A program made the position numbers and the translations under genes. DNA of 64,000 bases from positions 201,330 through 265,329 of the forward strand of contig JBMNIH010000009.1 in assembly GCA_050950825.1 (NCBI GenBank), in the 5' to 3' direction. The notes under the pieces were generated by a model. That model was not told the DNA's origin. It was given only the letters and a program-made list of their open reading frames with translations, and ran no database searches. Positions within the stretch are counted from its first letter, which is position 1, and each line of letters starts with the position of its first letter. This DNA comes from Clostridia bacterium. GTDB lineage: Bacteria; Bacillota; Clostridia; JAAYHZ01. Positions 41,563-52,500 of the stretch are shown here, piece after piece.

Positions 41563-42681
41563 CTAGTTACGCAATGTCATCACGCATTCCAATCCGTATG
41601 TAATGTAGAGAATGAGGTTGTTGATATATTGAGGTGTCGGGTCTATGTATTCCATATACCCTGCGGAGAGACATAGTATAAATCGGTCGGAATTTCTGCT
41701 TTCAATGACAGTGTTACGGATAAGGCTTCTTACCTCCTCTTCGCTGCCCAATAAAAGAGAGGAGATCTCGATATTGCCTTCTAACCCCATTCCATTACCC
41801 GTTATTTCAATGGCTTCCTTTAAAGTGATATCTCCCAAAGGAGGCGGTTCTATCGGGTTTAAGACATCCACTCCCATGGCCATAAACCGGGTCAGAAGCT
41901 TTCCCACACGCCCGTGGCAATGAACCCATACATACCCTCCCGCATCATGGATCAGATCGCATAAAGGTTTATCCGTATTGAATACAAAATCCTCAAACTC
42001 TTTTTCTCTTACTAAAGGCGGAATGCATAACTCGGGTCCCACCCATCCGAATACCGGTTTTATGCCCGTGTCCAGTACCGTCTTTACATGTTCTCGAATT
42101 CTTGCGGCATAAGTTTCCACGGCCTCCGCTATGAGTTCTCTTTCGTCCATGCACATAAGCGCAAAGCATTCCGAACCCATCAAGCGGTATACCGCATAAG
42201 CGGCATGGTCGAGGCTAAATAAGACAATACCCTTATCTCCCGTTTTTTCAACCGTATTGATATAAGAGCTTATATCAACGGGATACGGCAAATACTTTAT
42301 GCGAAGGAGAGCTTTTAGATCCTCCGGTTCTTTGACAAAATACTCCATATCGTATCCGGGATGTCCGATCGTACTATATCGGTATACGGAACGCAGCCTT
42401 CGATCCGGCAAACGGATATACGTCACTCGGTCCGCCCAATGGCTGTCGGGCAACGGTTTATTTTCATAAGATATTTTTACATCTTCGCCGGCTCCGAAAT
42501 AAATATTAAACTTGCTCGAAGCTCCGTCCATGATATCCGTCATTTCCGTCGCCAATTCATAAACCGGTTTGTATGCCGGGTGTATTAATTTTTGACCGAT
42601 CCGGGCTCCCCAAAGCTTTAATGCGGGTCGGTCCGTTTCTTTGCCTTGAAAAATTCTCATGATTCTTTCTTTACCGGTCAT
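41563..42681 (-). CDS. Uroporphyrinogen decarboxylase / cobamide methyltransferase (URO-D/CIMS-like) family protein
   Basis: MTGKERI....G...DR, WVHCHG, GVDVLNPIEPPP, GNI, FIL. Confidence 0.8.
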   Translation of the reverse strand: MTGKERIMRIFQGKETDRPALKLWGARIGQKLIHPAYKPVYELATEMTDIMDGASSKFNIYFGAGEDVKISYENKPLPDSHWADRVTYIRLPDRRLRSVYRYSTIGHPGYDMEYFVKEPEDLKALLRIKYLPYPVDISSYINTVEKTGDKGIVLFSLDHAAYAVYRLMGSECFALMCMDERELIAEAVETYAARIREHVKTVLDTGIKPVFGWVGPELCIPPLVREKEFEDFVFNTDKPLCDLIHDAGGYVWVHCHGRVGKLLTRFMAMGVDVLNPIEPPPLGDITLKEAIEITGNGMGLEGNIEISSLLLGSEEEVRSLIRNTVIESRNSDRFILCLSAGYMEYIDPTPQYINNLILYITYGLECVMTLRN

Positions 42682-42705
42682 ACCAAATCCTCCTTTAAAA
42701 AAATC

Positions 42706-42732
42706 GACGGCAAGAGCATACTTCTTGCCGTC
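42706..42732 (-). terminator. Intra-cluster hairpin with T-tract just upstream of the URO-D RBS
   Basis: GACGGCAAGA / TCTTGCCGTC followed on the minus strand by GATTTTTTT. Confidence 0.6.
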
Positions 42733-42751
42733 ACTAGGTTATCCTTATGTT

Positions 42752-43894
42752 CTATTTGCAGTTAGTCATCGTGATGCCTTCCGGGTCCACCGTAAATAAC
42801 ACATCACCGTCCGGCCTGTTTTGTATTACGTTGTTAATCCATACGTTTTTAACCGGATCGTTAAACACAATGGCGTGTTTTGAGGAGTTGGACACGATAT
42901 GATTGATCTTTATATCGTGCATATCTCCCGGGTTATACCCGGAACCGTATCCTTTATAGGAACCGATGATGGCTAATCGCTTGGATTCGGATATGGGATT
43001 GCCGTCGATGACATTGTTGATATAGACATTGTAGATTTGATGACCATGCCTGGAAAGCAGCGCAATGGCATGGCTGTATAAAGAAGTGGAGGAATAGACA
43101 TTCGATACGGTAATGTCATGAATATCTCGCTCGCGAATATCCTCTCCTTCATTGATCAAGTAGCTGGAAGGATCCAAAGGGTACACATATCTTGAACAAG
43201 GATAGGTCGTTCCGATTGTCGTGGTGTTTAAGGCGATAAGGTCGTCGGATGTATGTCCTTTAATGTTCTCGATGGTGATGTGATGGCATCCTAAACGAAG
43301 ATTGACTCCGTCCCCGTTTTTGACCTCGGAAACAATATCCAGATCGTGAATGTAGCCATAGCTGCATCGATCGAAGGAGTTTGCCCAGCTTCTCGGCTTT
43401 TTATAGGTAAACCCGGCCAATTCAAAATTCGTACATCTCGATAAGGTTACTTGGAAATTACGCCACCCCCAATAATCACCCACCATCACTTGCTCCTCTC
43501 CCATGGTTGGATGCATCATTCTCGGCAATACATCCGGTCCTTCCAATATCGCTCCGTTCTTACCGAGTATTCGAATGTTGGATATGGGGTGTATTTTTAA
43601 AGGAAATCCGTTGGGGTTTTTCGGATCGATCTCAAAATTGTCTCCTCTGAAAATGGCATCAAACATTAAATCTTTTTGCTTAATCTTCACGCCGTCTACA
43701 ATCACCGTGGTGTTTGAAGGAAGCAATATGGCACGATCGATAAGCCAGTCTTTTCCGTCAAAAATGACGGTTCGGGGTTGGAATCCGGAAGCAAACTTCA
43801 TACATTCTTCGATAATTTCGCTGTCCGTCTTCTTATCGTTGTAAAAATCCAAAACGCGAACCGGATTTATATATCCGTCTTTATAGCTATACAT
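42752..43894 (-). CDS. Pectin-lyase-fold (GH28-like) beta-helix protein
   Basis: AILLPSNTTV, KNGDGVNL, I.IENI.G.TSDD.IAL resembling the GH28 NTDG / GDD motifs. No signal peptide. Confidence 0.7.
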   Translation of the reverse strand: MYSYKDGYINPVRVLDFYNDKKTDSEIIEECMKFASGFQPRTVIFDGKDWLIDRAILLPSNTTVIVDGVKIKQKDLMFDAIFRGDNFEIDPKNPNGFPLKIHPISNIRILGKNGAILEGPDVLPRMMHPTMGEEQVMVGDYWGWRNFQVTLSRCTNFELAGFTYKKPRSWANSFDRCSYGYIHDLDIVSEVKNGDGVNLRLGCHHITIENIKGHTSDDLIALNTTTIGTTYPCSRYVYPLDPSSYLINEGEDIRERDIHDITVSNVYSSTSLYSHAIALLSRHGHQIYNVYINNVIDGNPISESKRLAIIGSYKGYGSGYNPGDMHDIKINHIVSNSSKHAIVFNDPVKNVWINNVIQNRPDGDVLFTVDPEGITMTNCK

Positions 43895-43939
43895 AACTTC
43901 TACCTCTCCTACATTAAATTATTAATGTAAATGATAAAC

Positions 43940-45376
43940 CTATTCGAATACGGACTTAATCATCTCCAATGTTTTTTCCACCAAAAGCGCTCCTCCCTCT
44001 TTTCCGGTACGCCCGCTGGCCACCACGGCGCTGTAGTGACCGCCTTTTTCCGCTTTTTCCGTCGGAAGATACATTCCGTCACTATTGGCCAATTGTACGA
44101 TAAAGGTTTGGTCGGCTATGCTTCGAGCTTTGATGCATAAGCCGTAGTCCAAAAACAATTCGAAAGGATTGGTTGCAAAAACAATGTTGCCTACACGCAC
44201 CACATGGATATCGGCACTGAATCGAGGCGATTGGTCTTGTATTTTTCGTCTTTTCATGATACCGGCATAACCGTGTAGATCCGCCATTTCTCCCGAACCG
44301 TAGCGCTTGGACTGTTTTGCCGCAACATATTCTTCAAAGCATTTCTTTGCATGGATGTACTCTTGTTCGGTCACTCTTCTTGTTGGAAAATCCAAAATCT
44401 CACTACGATGCTTCAGTTCGATTTCAAAGGCAATATTATTCTTTGCAACCTTATACTCCTCCAAAACCGCTGCGGATATGCGCCTTCCGATTTCCGTCAA
44501 TCCGTCAAAATTATTAAAGTTCGCTTCGTGTATGTTTTTATATCGCCGTATCAGATCTCGCGGAGATTGGTCTCCTGCGGAGCTGCACTGAGCCAAAACA
44601 TACAAATGATCTCCGAATTCTTCTTTTAGCATCCTTCGGACTTCTCCCCAATAGTCGGAAGACACCACCTTCATATGCTCAACTACTTGGGAAGGACACG
44701 CTACGTTGATGACGATACCGGTCAGCTTTTCATTGGTATCGAATAAATACAAAAGTTCGATTCCCGAATCGTTTCCGCCTTCAAGAAAAGCAAAGTCTTC
44801 TCGGTCGGTCATGCCGTACATCAATGCCGACCCGTCTTTGTAGACGGTACGGCGGCAGTGTCCCACAACAGCTCGTGCAAAGCCCGGAGCAACTCCTCCC
44901 GGCTTTCTGTTGTTCCATGCTTCCGTAACGGCTTCCGCAATACGATCCTTTAAAAAAAGGCCGTATTCCAAAGGAGTCATTACGTTATCGGGCAATGCTT
45001 CTTTTAATGGCCTTAAGTGATCAGGCAAAAACTCTGCCGCCACATGAAGCCCCAAGGTTTCGTCTTCAGGCCGTAATCCGTAATTCGGAGCCGTATGGGT
45101 ATGGGTAGCGAAAATGATGATTTTGGATAAATCGAGTCCTTGGCATTTTCCCTGCAGACTTTCTCGAACGGCCTTCGTTAAATCGGAAGAAATCCCGCAC
45201 AGGTCGCAGGAACAAAGGACGATATGATCCTTTTCATTTTCCATAGCCAAGGCGGTAACAAGGATGGGCGAATGAACGTTTTCGGATATTCTTGTATAGA
45301 ATTGACCTCGTAAAGTAACCGGTTTGTTGGGCGTAATGTCTTTTTGAGACCAACCAATATTTAACGGACTTTTCAT
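43940..45376 (-). CDS. Ceramidase-N-terminal-like metallohydrolase (second family member in the window)
   Basis: IGW...DITP, ATHTHTAP, N.ACP.Q, S.DY.G, AGDQSP, PFELF, YLPT. Start at ATG 45376 after GGGAGG. Confidence 0.72.
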   Translation of the reverse strand: MKSPLNIGWSQKDITPNKPVTLRGQFYTRISENVHSPILVTALAMENEKDHIVLCSCDLCGISSDLTKAVRESLQGKCQGLDLSKIIIFATHTHTAPNYGLRPEDETLGLHVAAEFLPDHLRPLKEALPDNVMTPLEYGLFLKDRIAEAVTEAWNNRKPGGVAPGFARAVVGHCRRTVYKDGSALMYGMTDREDFAFLEGGNDSGIELLYLFDTNEKLTGIVINVACPSQVVEHMKVVSSDYWGEVRRMLKEEFGDHLYVLAQCSSAGDQSPRDLIRRYKNIHEANFNNFDGLTEIGRRISAAVLEEYKVAKNNIAFEIELKHRSEILDFPTRRVTEQEYIHAKKCFEEYVAAKQSKRYGSGEMADLHGYAGIMKRRKIQDQSPRFSADIHVVRVGNIVFATNPFELFLDYGLCIKARSIADQTFIVQLANSDGMYLPTEKAEKGGHYSAVVASGRTGKEGGALLVEKTLEMIKSVFE

Positions 45377-45449
45377 GATTTTTTCCTCCCGTTGATGCAA
45401 AATTCCGGAATTCGCATGCTTCAAGAATATTCTACCATAAATATTGTAG

Positions 45450-46667
45450 TCATAATACTTCCATAACATTCATAATGCCTTTGGTGTGATATTCCGTGTA
45501 TTCGTTTAATAATTCGGGAGTTGTTTTCCCGATGACACATGCTCTTTCTTTTTTATCGTCCTTGACGGTTCGATATTCCATATCAAATGCGGGAATTCCG
45601 AATTTTTTATAAACATAAGCCGGCACGCTTCCTGCCGTCGTCCCGTATCGGAGAAGCGTACCCTCCTTTTCTACGTCGCGAAAACCCGCCGAATAGGCCG
45701 TAACCTGCTTCATGCATTCATCTTTATAGGCCGTATCATTTGCCGAGTCTTTTGACGTCAAAAAGCAATCTCCGCATATGGATGAAAGGCAGTGACCGCA
45801 GAATACGGCTCGGGGACGGACCTTATGTAAAAAGTTAACGACGGCTTTCGTCTCGTCTTCCGATTCGGGAAAAGGTCCTCTGTAAGTGATGGAACCGTGT
45901 ATGGTTGTGTTAAGACCGTACATAAGATCTACCGTATCCCAATTGGCATCAAAATTCCTGTTTAAATCCACGCCGTTGGGATTGCATCGTAAATATTGGG
46001 GAGTGCCTGTAGCCATATCTTCTCTGCAATCCGCATTCACCGACGGCAGAATGGCAAGACCCGTTTTTTCAAGGAGATCAGGACGGTTTTTGACGATGTA
46101 TTCGGCCGCCCTTAAGAACAGCTCCGGTCCGGATTCGCCGGCATGAACGGCACCGATGAGTGCGATGCATCGTTCTTTGTTTCCTAAAACAAGCCCTTTC
46201 AATACTTTCTTGCGGGTAGAATATCCGTAAGGCTCCAAGCTTTTCGGACCTCGGTATAAGGAATGGATTTTTTCCATCTCTTGATTGATTCTTTCAAAAG
46301 TCCACCAGACATCCGGATGCCGTACCGTTATTCCTACCGGTCCCGCAGGAATCGTATCATCCTTATATGCGACCCAATAGGCATATGTATCTAAAGGCTT
46401 TACGTTTCGGTCCGTATAGATAAAATAATACGATTCTTCTTTATCCAGCGGCCCGTCATAGATCAATTCCGCATCTTTGAAATCGATGGAATCAAAGTAT
46501 TCGTAATAATCGTTTCCCTGTTCAAAAGCATCTTCTTTTTTTCTGTAGATACGAAAATGCAGTCGATCCCCGTTGTTATCGTACAAAAGGGATCCTCTTT
46601 CGATATATAAACGGACGATTCCGTCCTCACTCTTCCCTCTTAAAAAACGAATGCTTTTCCGAGCCAT
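45450..46667 (-). CDS. M14-family zinc carboxypeptidase-like protein
   Basis: HAGE, P.VNAD, NPNGVDLNRNF, Y.GPFPESE.ET.A, third Zn ligand in CGH, Glu in FDME. Confidence 0.85.
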   Translation of the reverse strand: MARKSIRFLRGKSEDGIVRLYIERGSLLYDNNGDRLHFRIYRKKEDAFEQGNDYYEYFDSIDFKDAELIYDGPLDKEESYYFIYTDRNVKPLDTYAYWVAYKDDTIPAGPVGITVRHPDVWWTFERINQEMEKIHSLYRGPKSLEPYGYSTRKKVLKGLVLGNKERCIALIGAVHAGESGPELFLRAAEYIVKNRPDLLEKTGLAILPSVNADCREDMATGTPQYLRCNPNGVDLNRNFDANWDTVDLMYGLNTTIHGSITYRGPFPESEDETKAVVNFLHKVRPRAVFCGHCLSSICGDCFLTSKDSANDTAYKDECMKQVTAYSAGFRDVEKEGTLLRYGTTAGSVPAYVYKKFGIPAFDMEYRTVKDDKKERACVIGKTTPELLNEYTEYHTKGIMNVMEVL

Positions 46668-46671
46668 ATGA

Positions 46672-47700
46672 TCACCTCTTTCTGTCAGGTACCGGTCCCG
46701 TTGTGTTTCGAATAACGGCTTCGGAAGTAATTCTCGTTATTGTTTTCGATTTATCGATGCCGTTTACGATTTCGTTCATGATTGTGGAAATGGCAATATC
46801 CGCTACCTTATGTATCGGTATTTGAATCGTAGTAATGCCGTTAAATACATATTCGGATATGCGGATATTGTCAAAAGAGAATATGGAAAAGTCCTCAGGC
46901 GCTTTAAAGCCGAAATCCTGTGCACACTTCAAAGCTCCTATACATATTTCATCGTAGGACGCCACAAAGGCCGTGGGAAAGTCTTTTTTTTCAAGGAAAT
47001 AATTCATACCCTCCACACCGGCGATTTGGTTTCTCTTGTCCGTAATGTATATTCGGTGTTCCGGCAATTCAATTCCTTTTTTCTGCAAGACGGCTTTTAC
47101 CGTCTCCAAACGGTTGTAGTCCAGCCGATCAAAGATCAACCCGAATTCTCGATGCCCGTTTTGAATCAATTGATCTGTCAAGGTTTCTATAGCATGGTAG
47201 TCATCGATCATTATGGCGTTGCAATGGCTGTTAAAATCCCGATTGGTGGAGGATTCGATAACCAGCAAGGGAATTTTATTGGCGTTGCACACGGAAATGA
47301 TTTTTTCGTATTGTTCATCGGATATATCGCAGGAGTCCACCACAATTATGATACCGTTCAATTTTTTCGCCGTAAACAATTTCACGTACTTTTCGACTTT
47401 ACTATACTCAAAATTGTGGATGCCAAGGAGTAAGTTGTATTTCGAATCTTGCAGCTTTAATTCCAACTTCTCCAGAATGTTCGAATGAAGAAAGCTGGTG
47501 ACTTCCGGCAATATCACACCGATTGCACTGGTGACGCTGTTTTCTGCAGCCATGTTTTTGTAATTGAACATAACCGCCGCATCCATCACCTTTTTTATGG
47601 TTTCTTCATTGATTTCTTTGCTGTTGCTCAAAGCCTTCGATACGGTGGATACACTTACTCCCACATACTCCGCAATATCTTTTAACGTCGGTTTTATCAT
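46672..47700 (-). CDS. LacI-family transcriptional regulator
   Basis: TLKDIAEYVGVSVSTVSKAL, PTAF, PEDFSIFSFD, ITTI. Confidence 0.93.
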   Translation of the reverse strand: MIKPTLKDIAEYVGVSVSTVSKALSNSKEINEETIKKVMDAAVMFNYKNMAAENSVTSAIGVILPEVTSFLHSNILEKLELKLQDSKYNLLLGIHNFEYSKVEKYVKLFTAKKLNGIIIVVDSCDISDEQYEKIISVCNANKIPLLVIESSTNRDFNSHCNAIMIDDYHAIETLTDQLIQNGHREFGLIFDRLDYNRLETVKAVLQKKGIELPEHRIYITDKRNQIAGVEGMNYFLEKKDFPTAFVASYDEICIGALKCAQDFGFKAPEDFSIFSFDNIRISEYVFNGITTIQIPIHKVADIAISTIMNEIVNGIDKSKTITRITSEAVIRNTTGPVPDRKR

Positions 47701-47737
47701 AGACTATCCTTTCATACTCTTTTATATTAAACGCTTC

Positions 47738-49432
47738 TTAAGCATTTTTATTCACTTGCATACCGGGTATAATGTTGCCTTGCGGTACGGGATAGAATTT
47801 TCGGTATGCTTCATACCAAGGTGCTTCCATACGCTCCGGTATAAAGATGTGACGCATCAGCCCTAACCCGTATACATATCGATACATCTTGCCGAAAAGC
47901 TTTTCTCTTTTTTCGATCAAAGGCAGTACGGCATCAAGGTCCGATTTTTCTTTCCAGAGAGTATAGTCCCCGATTTTATAATCCAAAGCCATCAGCTGTG
48001 CTTTTAACATTATCTGTTCAAAAAGCCAAGTACTCTGTTCTTCGTTGACGGAAACATGCTCTTGTAAATCCGTTAAATCCTTTTCCCATTGTACCGCTTT
48101 TTCCAAATCATAAAACTGCATTTCGTTCATGATTTTAAGTAAAGTCTTGGAATTTTCACCTTTTAAAGAGAACATATCATAGATATATTCCAAAGTCAAT
48201 TCATCTATATCCGCATCCGGATCTCTTGCTAATCTTGAAATGATGTATTCGTTATAATGGTCTCCGAAGGATTCGTTATAGGTATTAAAGCCTGTACACC
48301 CGGCTTTTTCAAAGGAGCGGATAACGGAACGAATTCTTTCTTGTGCGCAATGGATGCCTGTTTTTAGATAAGTATCTTTGTTCACATGAGAAAAACCGAT
48401 ATGAACAAAGGTGTTTAAAGGAAGAGGATCGATTCTCTTTTTAATATCCACCGGAACCTCGAATACTCCGTATGTAACACTGTACATAAATTCTCCGAAA
48501 TGACCGGAAATTTTTTCGGCAAAGTTTTTCAAAAGATGAATGTCGTCATCCGAGGTCCACCAGCCGCATATATCCACTTTAATATCCGGAAAATACTTGA
48601 TTACAATTTGAAAGATATCGTAAACCATGTTTAAAAAGGTGTTGTAATAGGGTTGGCATTTGTCACATGCACAGCCCCCGTCGTCGTACGGTCCGCAGAC
48701 AATCCTGTCGATATGAACATGGGAGGCGATAAAATCTTTCATGAGATTCTCTACGTTTTTCAAGCATACGGCACGAGCTTCGGGATTGGAAGGACACAAA
48801 ACCTGCCCTTGCACCTTGTGAGCGTGACTTCGTACTCCTACAAGTCCCGGCAGCAATTGGTCGGTAAAAGCTACGTTGTGAGCTACATAGAGCTTGGTTT
48901 CCATGCCCAATTCCTTTGCATAGCGAAGGAATTCTTTCTTTTTTCGCCAAAGGCTCATGGAGGAGCTGCAGTATACATGGGGATTGTACGGGTCGGGCAT
49001 ATCGTTCGGGTCAAACCAATCGGCATAACCGTTGGCTCCGAACAAGGCCAAATCCTCCAATAAATATTCCATTTCCGAAGGCCAGCAAACTTCATAAGCG
49101 TTTCCGAAATGCCCCGGCATGTAGTGGTTTCGATGAGGATATTTCGGTCGATTGGTTACGGTAAACCGTTCGGGAAGTTTTTCGCCTTTGCAAATAGCTT
49201 TAACGATTTGCCGAATCAGTTCACCGGCTCCGGCGATAAACTCAATTTTCGATTTGGCCCAAACCGTCGCTTTTGTTCCGTCCACATCCACACGATACCC
49301 TTCGATATCCGCATACTCGAACAAAACATCCGAAAAAGGCATTGCTTCTTGATTTCTGTCCAGCCAATCCTTTATTCTTTTTTCAAAGATTTCTCTTGCC
49401 TTTTCGGCAATCGGTGTCGTTACTGTTATCAT
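47738..49432 (-). CDS. Hypothetical protein, possibly a glycoside-hydrolase-like TIM barrel
   Basis: EGY.V N-terminal domain, P.YPHR..Y, LALFGAN, LCPSNPEAR, DDGGCACDKC. The layout resembles GH20/GH67-like proteins, but the family is not assignable by eye. Confidence 0.5.
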   Translation of the reverse strand: MITVTTPIAEKAREIFEKRIKDWLDRNQEAMPFSDVLFEYADIEGYRVDVDGTKATVWAKSKIEFIAGAGELIRQIVKAICKGEKLPERFTVTNRPKYPHRNHYMPGHFGNAYEVCWPSEMEYLLEDLALFGANGYADWFDPNDMPDPYNPHVYCSSSMSLWRKKKEFLRYAKELGMETKLYVAHNVAFTDQLLPGLVGVRSHAHKVQGQVLCPSNPEARAVCLKNVENLMKDFIASHVHIDRIVCGPYDDGGCACDKCQPYYNTFLNMVYDIFQIVIKYFPDIKVDICGWWTSDDDIHLLKNFAEKISGHFGEFMYSVTYGVFEVPVDIKKRIDPLPLNTFVHIGFSHVNKDTYLKTGIHCAQERIRSVIRSFEKAGCTGFNTYNESFGDHYNEYIISRLARDPDADIDELTLEYIYDMFSLKGENSKTLLKIMNEMQFYDLEKAVQWEKDLTDLQEHVSVNEEQSTWLFEQIMLKAQLMALDYKIGDYTLWKEKSDLDAVLPLIEKREKLFGKMYRYVYGLGLMRHIFIPERMEAPWYEAYRKFYPVPQGNIIPGMQVNKNA

Positions 49433-49470
49433 GATACCATCTCCTCTTCCGCTTTTTTATATTAAAAATT

Positions 49471-49504
49471 CGACAGGATGCATACCCTAATTGCACCCTG
49501 TCGG
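49471..49504 (-). terminator. Hairpin after SBP paralog C
   Basis: CGACAGGATGCA / TGCACCCTGTCG, then an AT-rich tail on the minus strand. Confidence 0.6.
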
Positions 49505-49526
49505 TAAGTTCTACCAAATTACATTC

Positions 49527-52500
49527 TTATTTAATCCAACGAGATCCCTTGTACAGCTCCGTTGTCAACGGCCACTCGTCGCTGCCGTATATCTCTACCA
49601 ATTTATCATACCCTGCCGCATACAAAGCGTCAATATACTGGCTCCATTCGCTTCTCATGTTGGCAACTTGCCCCTGGAATACACGTTGCTTAAACTCGTT
49701 GTATACGGTATTGACGCTACCCGCAACTGCCCAGTTAATTTCATTAAACTTATCTTGAAGTTCCACACCGAGCATACCCCAGTCCGCGTTTTTATCGGGA
49801 ACCAAACCGTATTTTTCGAACCACTCGTTTTCTCTCCAATAGTTTTCCAAAAGATAATTCGTCCATCGGTATCCTACCCCGAGATATTCGTACATCGTCA
49901 TGGTAAATACCCCCGGATTGAAAATTCTTTCAAAAGCGGCGCCCGGTGAGGCGTATTTTGGCGGAACCTTCGAAGGATCCGTTATGATCAAACGGCTTTT
50001 TATGGGCTCGCCTTCCCATGTATAGTGAATACCTTCGATTCCTTTCGAATAGCGCAAAGACGCTTCTCGGTCAAAACAGGTGTATTCTAAAAGTTGTAGG
50101 AGTCTTGCCATTTGCGCATCCGTCGTATCCGCACCGATGTAGCAAAGAGCGCCGGTCCATTTAGTAAATGTACGGATATACATGTTCCCTTCCCCGCTCG
50201 GACCTTGGGTAGGAGGCGTAATGACCAAGGTGATATCGGGATTTTCGCGGAGCAAGGCGTTCGGCGGAGATATTTGATGGGCTTCCATTGCGGAGCGAAC
50301 AGCAAAAGCAGGAGGATTAATGTGTCCTACGTTGGGAACCGCTAACAGCGTATTGTAATCGGAAGCAGGCGCTTGTCGCACATATCCTTTATAGATTTGA
50401 TCGAATATCCATTCCCAAAAATCTCTCATACCGGTATATCCGCGGAAATCTACATAGTCTCCTGTGGTCGGATCTTTATAGATATACCGATCAATAGGTA
50501 CAAAATTCCACATTCCCGGTCAAATTGCCTTCCCATTCCGCCTGATCGGTATACAGGTAGCCGTATGTATCGTCCTCCCCGTTTCCGTCAGGGTCGGCAA
50601 CGGTAAACGCTTCAAGGATATCGTTGAATTCTTCGAATGTAAATTGCCTGTTGGTAATGAAAATTTTCTCTTCGTAGTCAACAGGATAAAGATCATCGAA
50701 ATCGTATCCTAAGTTTTCCAGCCAATCCAATCGGAACATGGTATAGGTCCATGGGAAGGTATCTATTTAGCCCCCTAATATAATTGGAGAAACCATACGA
50801 ATTTAGTAAAATGAATATAGGGGGTTAATCCAAATGAAACACTATGATGATAAGTTCAAGGAACAAGTAATAAAAGAATGTCAAGAAGTGGGTAATATTT
50901 CCCTTGTTGCTAGACGCCATGATATATCCAAAACTACTATATATGGTTGGATAAAAGCTTATAAGAAGAGAGGTTCAGTCACTCCACTTCCTTAAAAATA
51001 AAGACAATAGAGTAAACAGAATTAGAACATAGGCTTAATGTTGTAAGCACAGAAAATGATAGATTAAAAAAGCTTGTTGCAGAAAAAGAGTTAGAGCTGC
51101 TAATACTTAGAGAATTAAGGGATAGAGTAAACCCCAAGTAGCCGACAAGGTTGCAATTGCATTAAGGTGGATAAATAAAGGTTATGAAATATCTTTAGTA
51201 CTTGGCTTTGTCGGCATTGCTGCATCCACCTATTATGAATACATAAAAAGGCAATCAAAATCTAATAGAAATCATAATATTGCAGCATCTAATAAAGATA
51301 ATGGAAGGCCTAGACCTGGTTATTCATATACAAAGACCGGTAGAAAAGTATCTGATGAACAAATAAAGGAGTGGTTATGCAATTTAATATCAGGAGATGG
51401 TTTTCCCTATGGTTACCGTAAACTAACAATATGTCTTAGAGAAGATTATGATCTAATTATCAATCATAAAAAAGTATATAGGCTGTGTAAAGAATTAGAT
51501 ATACTAAGACCTCAAAGAAAAATAAAGGAAAAGAGTTCTAAGCATTTAGCTAAGAAAGAAACAATATCAGCTCCCAATGAGCTTTGGGAAATGGATGTAA
51601 AATACGGATATATAAGGCGGAGAAGATAAATTCTTCTTTCAACTATCTCTAATAGATGTATTTGACAGAAGCATTATAGATTATCATATAGGCTTATCCT
51701 GTAAAGCTTCTGATGCTTGCAATGTATTGAGAAATAGTATAAGAAAGCGCAATATATATGGTGGTTTAAGGACACCTAAGATAAGGACAGACAATGGCCC
51801 TCAATTTGTATCTAAAGAATTTGAAGAATTCTGCAACAGCAATAATATAGTTCATCAAAGGATACCAGTAAAAACTCCTAATATGAATGCACACATCAGA
51901 ATCATTCCATTCAATATTGGAAGATGAATGTTACAGTCGCAATGAATGGAACAATTTTAAGGAGGCATACGAAACAATAACTGAATATATGAATTATTAT
52001 AATAATCGCAGAAGGCATGGAAGCATAAAATATATGGCTCCAAATAAATTCTATGAAGCAATTATGAGAAAGAATGTAAAAGCTAAAGCATTTGCTGCAT
52101 AATCTCCATAATTAGGGGGTCAAACCGGTATCTTGAGGTGTAGACCAAAGTATTCCGTAATATTCATCTTCGGTATCCGTTACTTTTCTTAAATTCCATG
52201 CAAACGGGTTCTTCATCCAAGTATCGGGCTAAAGTCGGGATGTATTTGTAGAGCATATCCCTTTTCACGGTACGAATCAATTTGGAATCATATAAAAAGC
52301 CCGTATCCCAATACTGCAGTTGGGCAAAATTGGGAAAGTCTCCCGCAGCAAGCATCATGACGATTTGTTCGGTGTTGTGATTGTCAATGTTCCACACCTT
52401 CAAATCCACATTAAACTTTTCTTCCAACTCCAATTCATCCCATCGGCCTTCTACGTAGTGCAAACAGTTCGCAGTAAGCCAAGAGATTTCGAATCTTTCG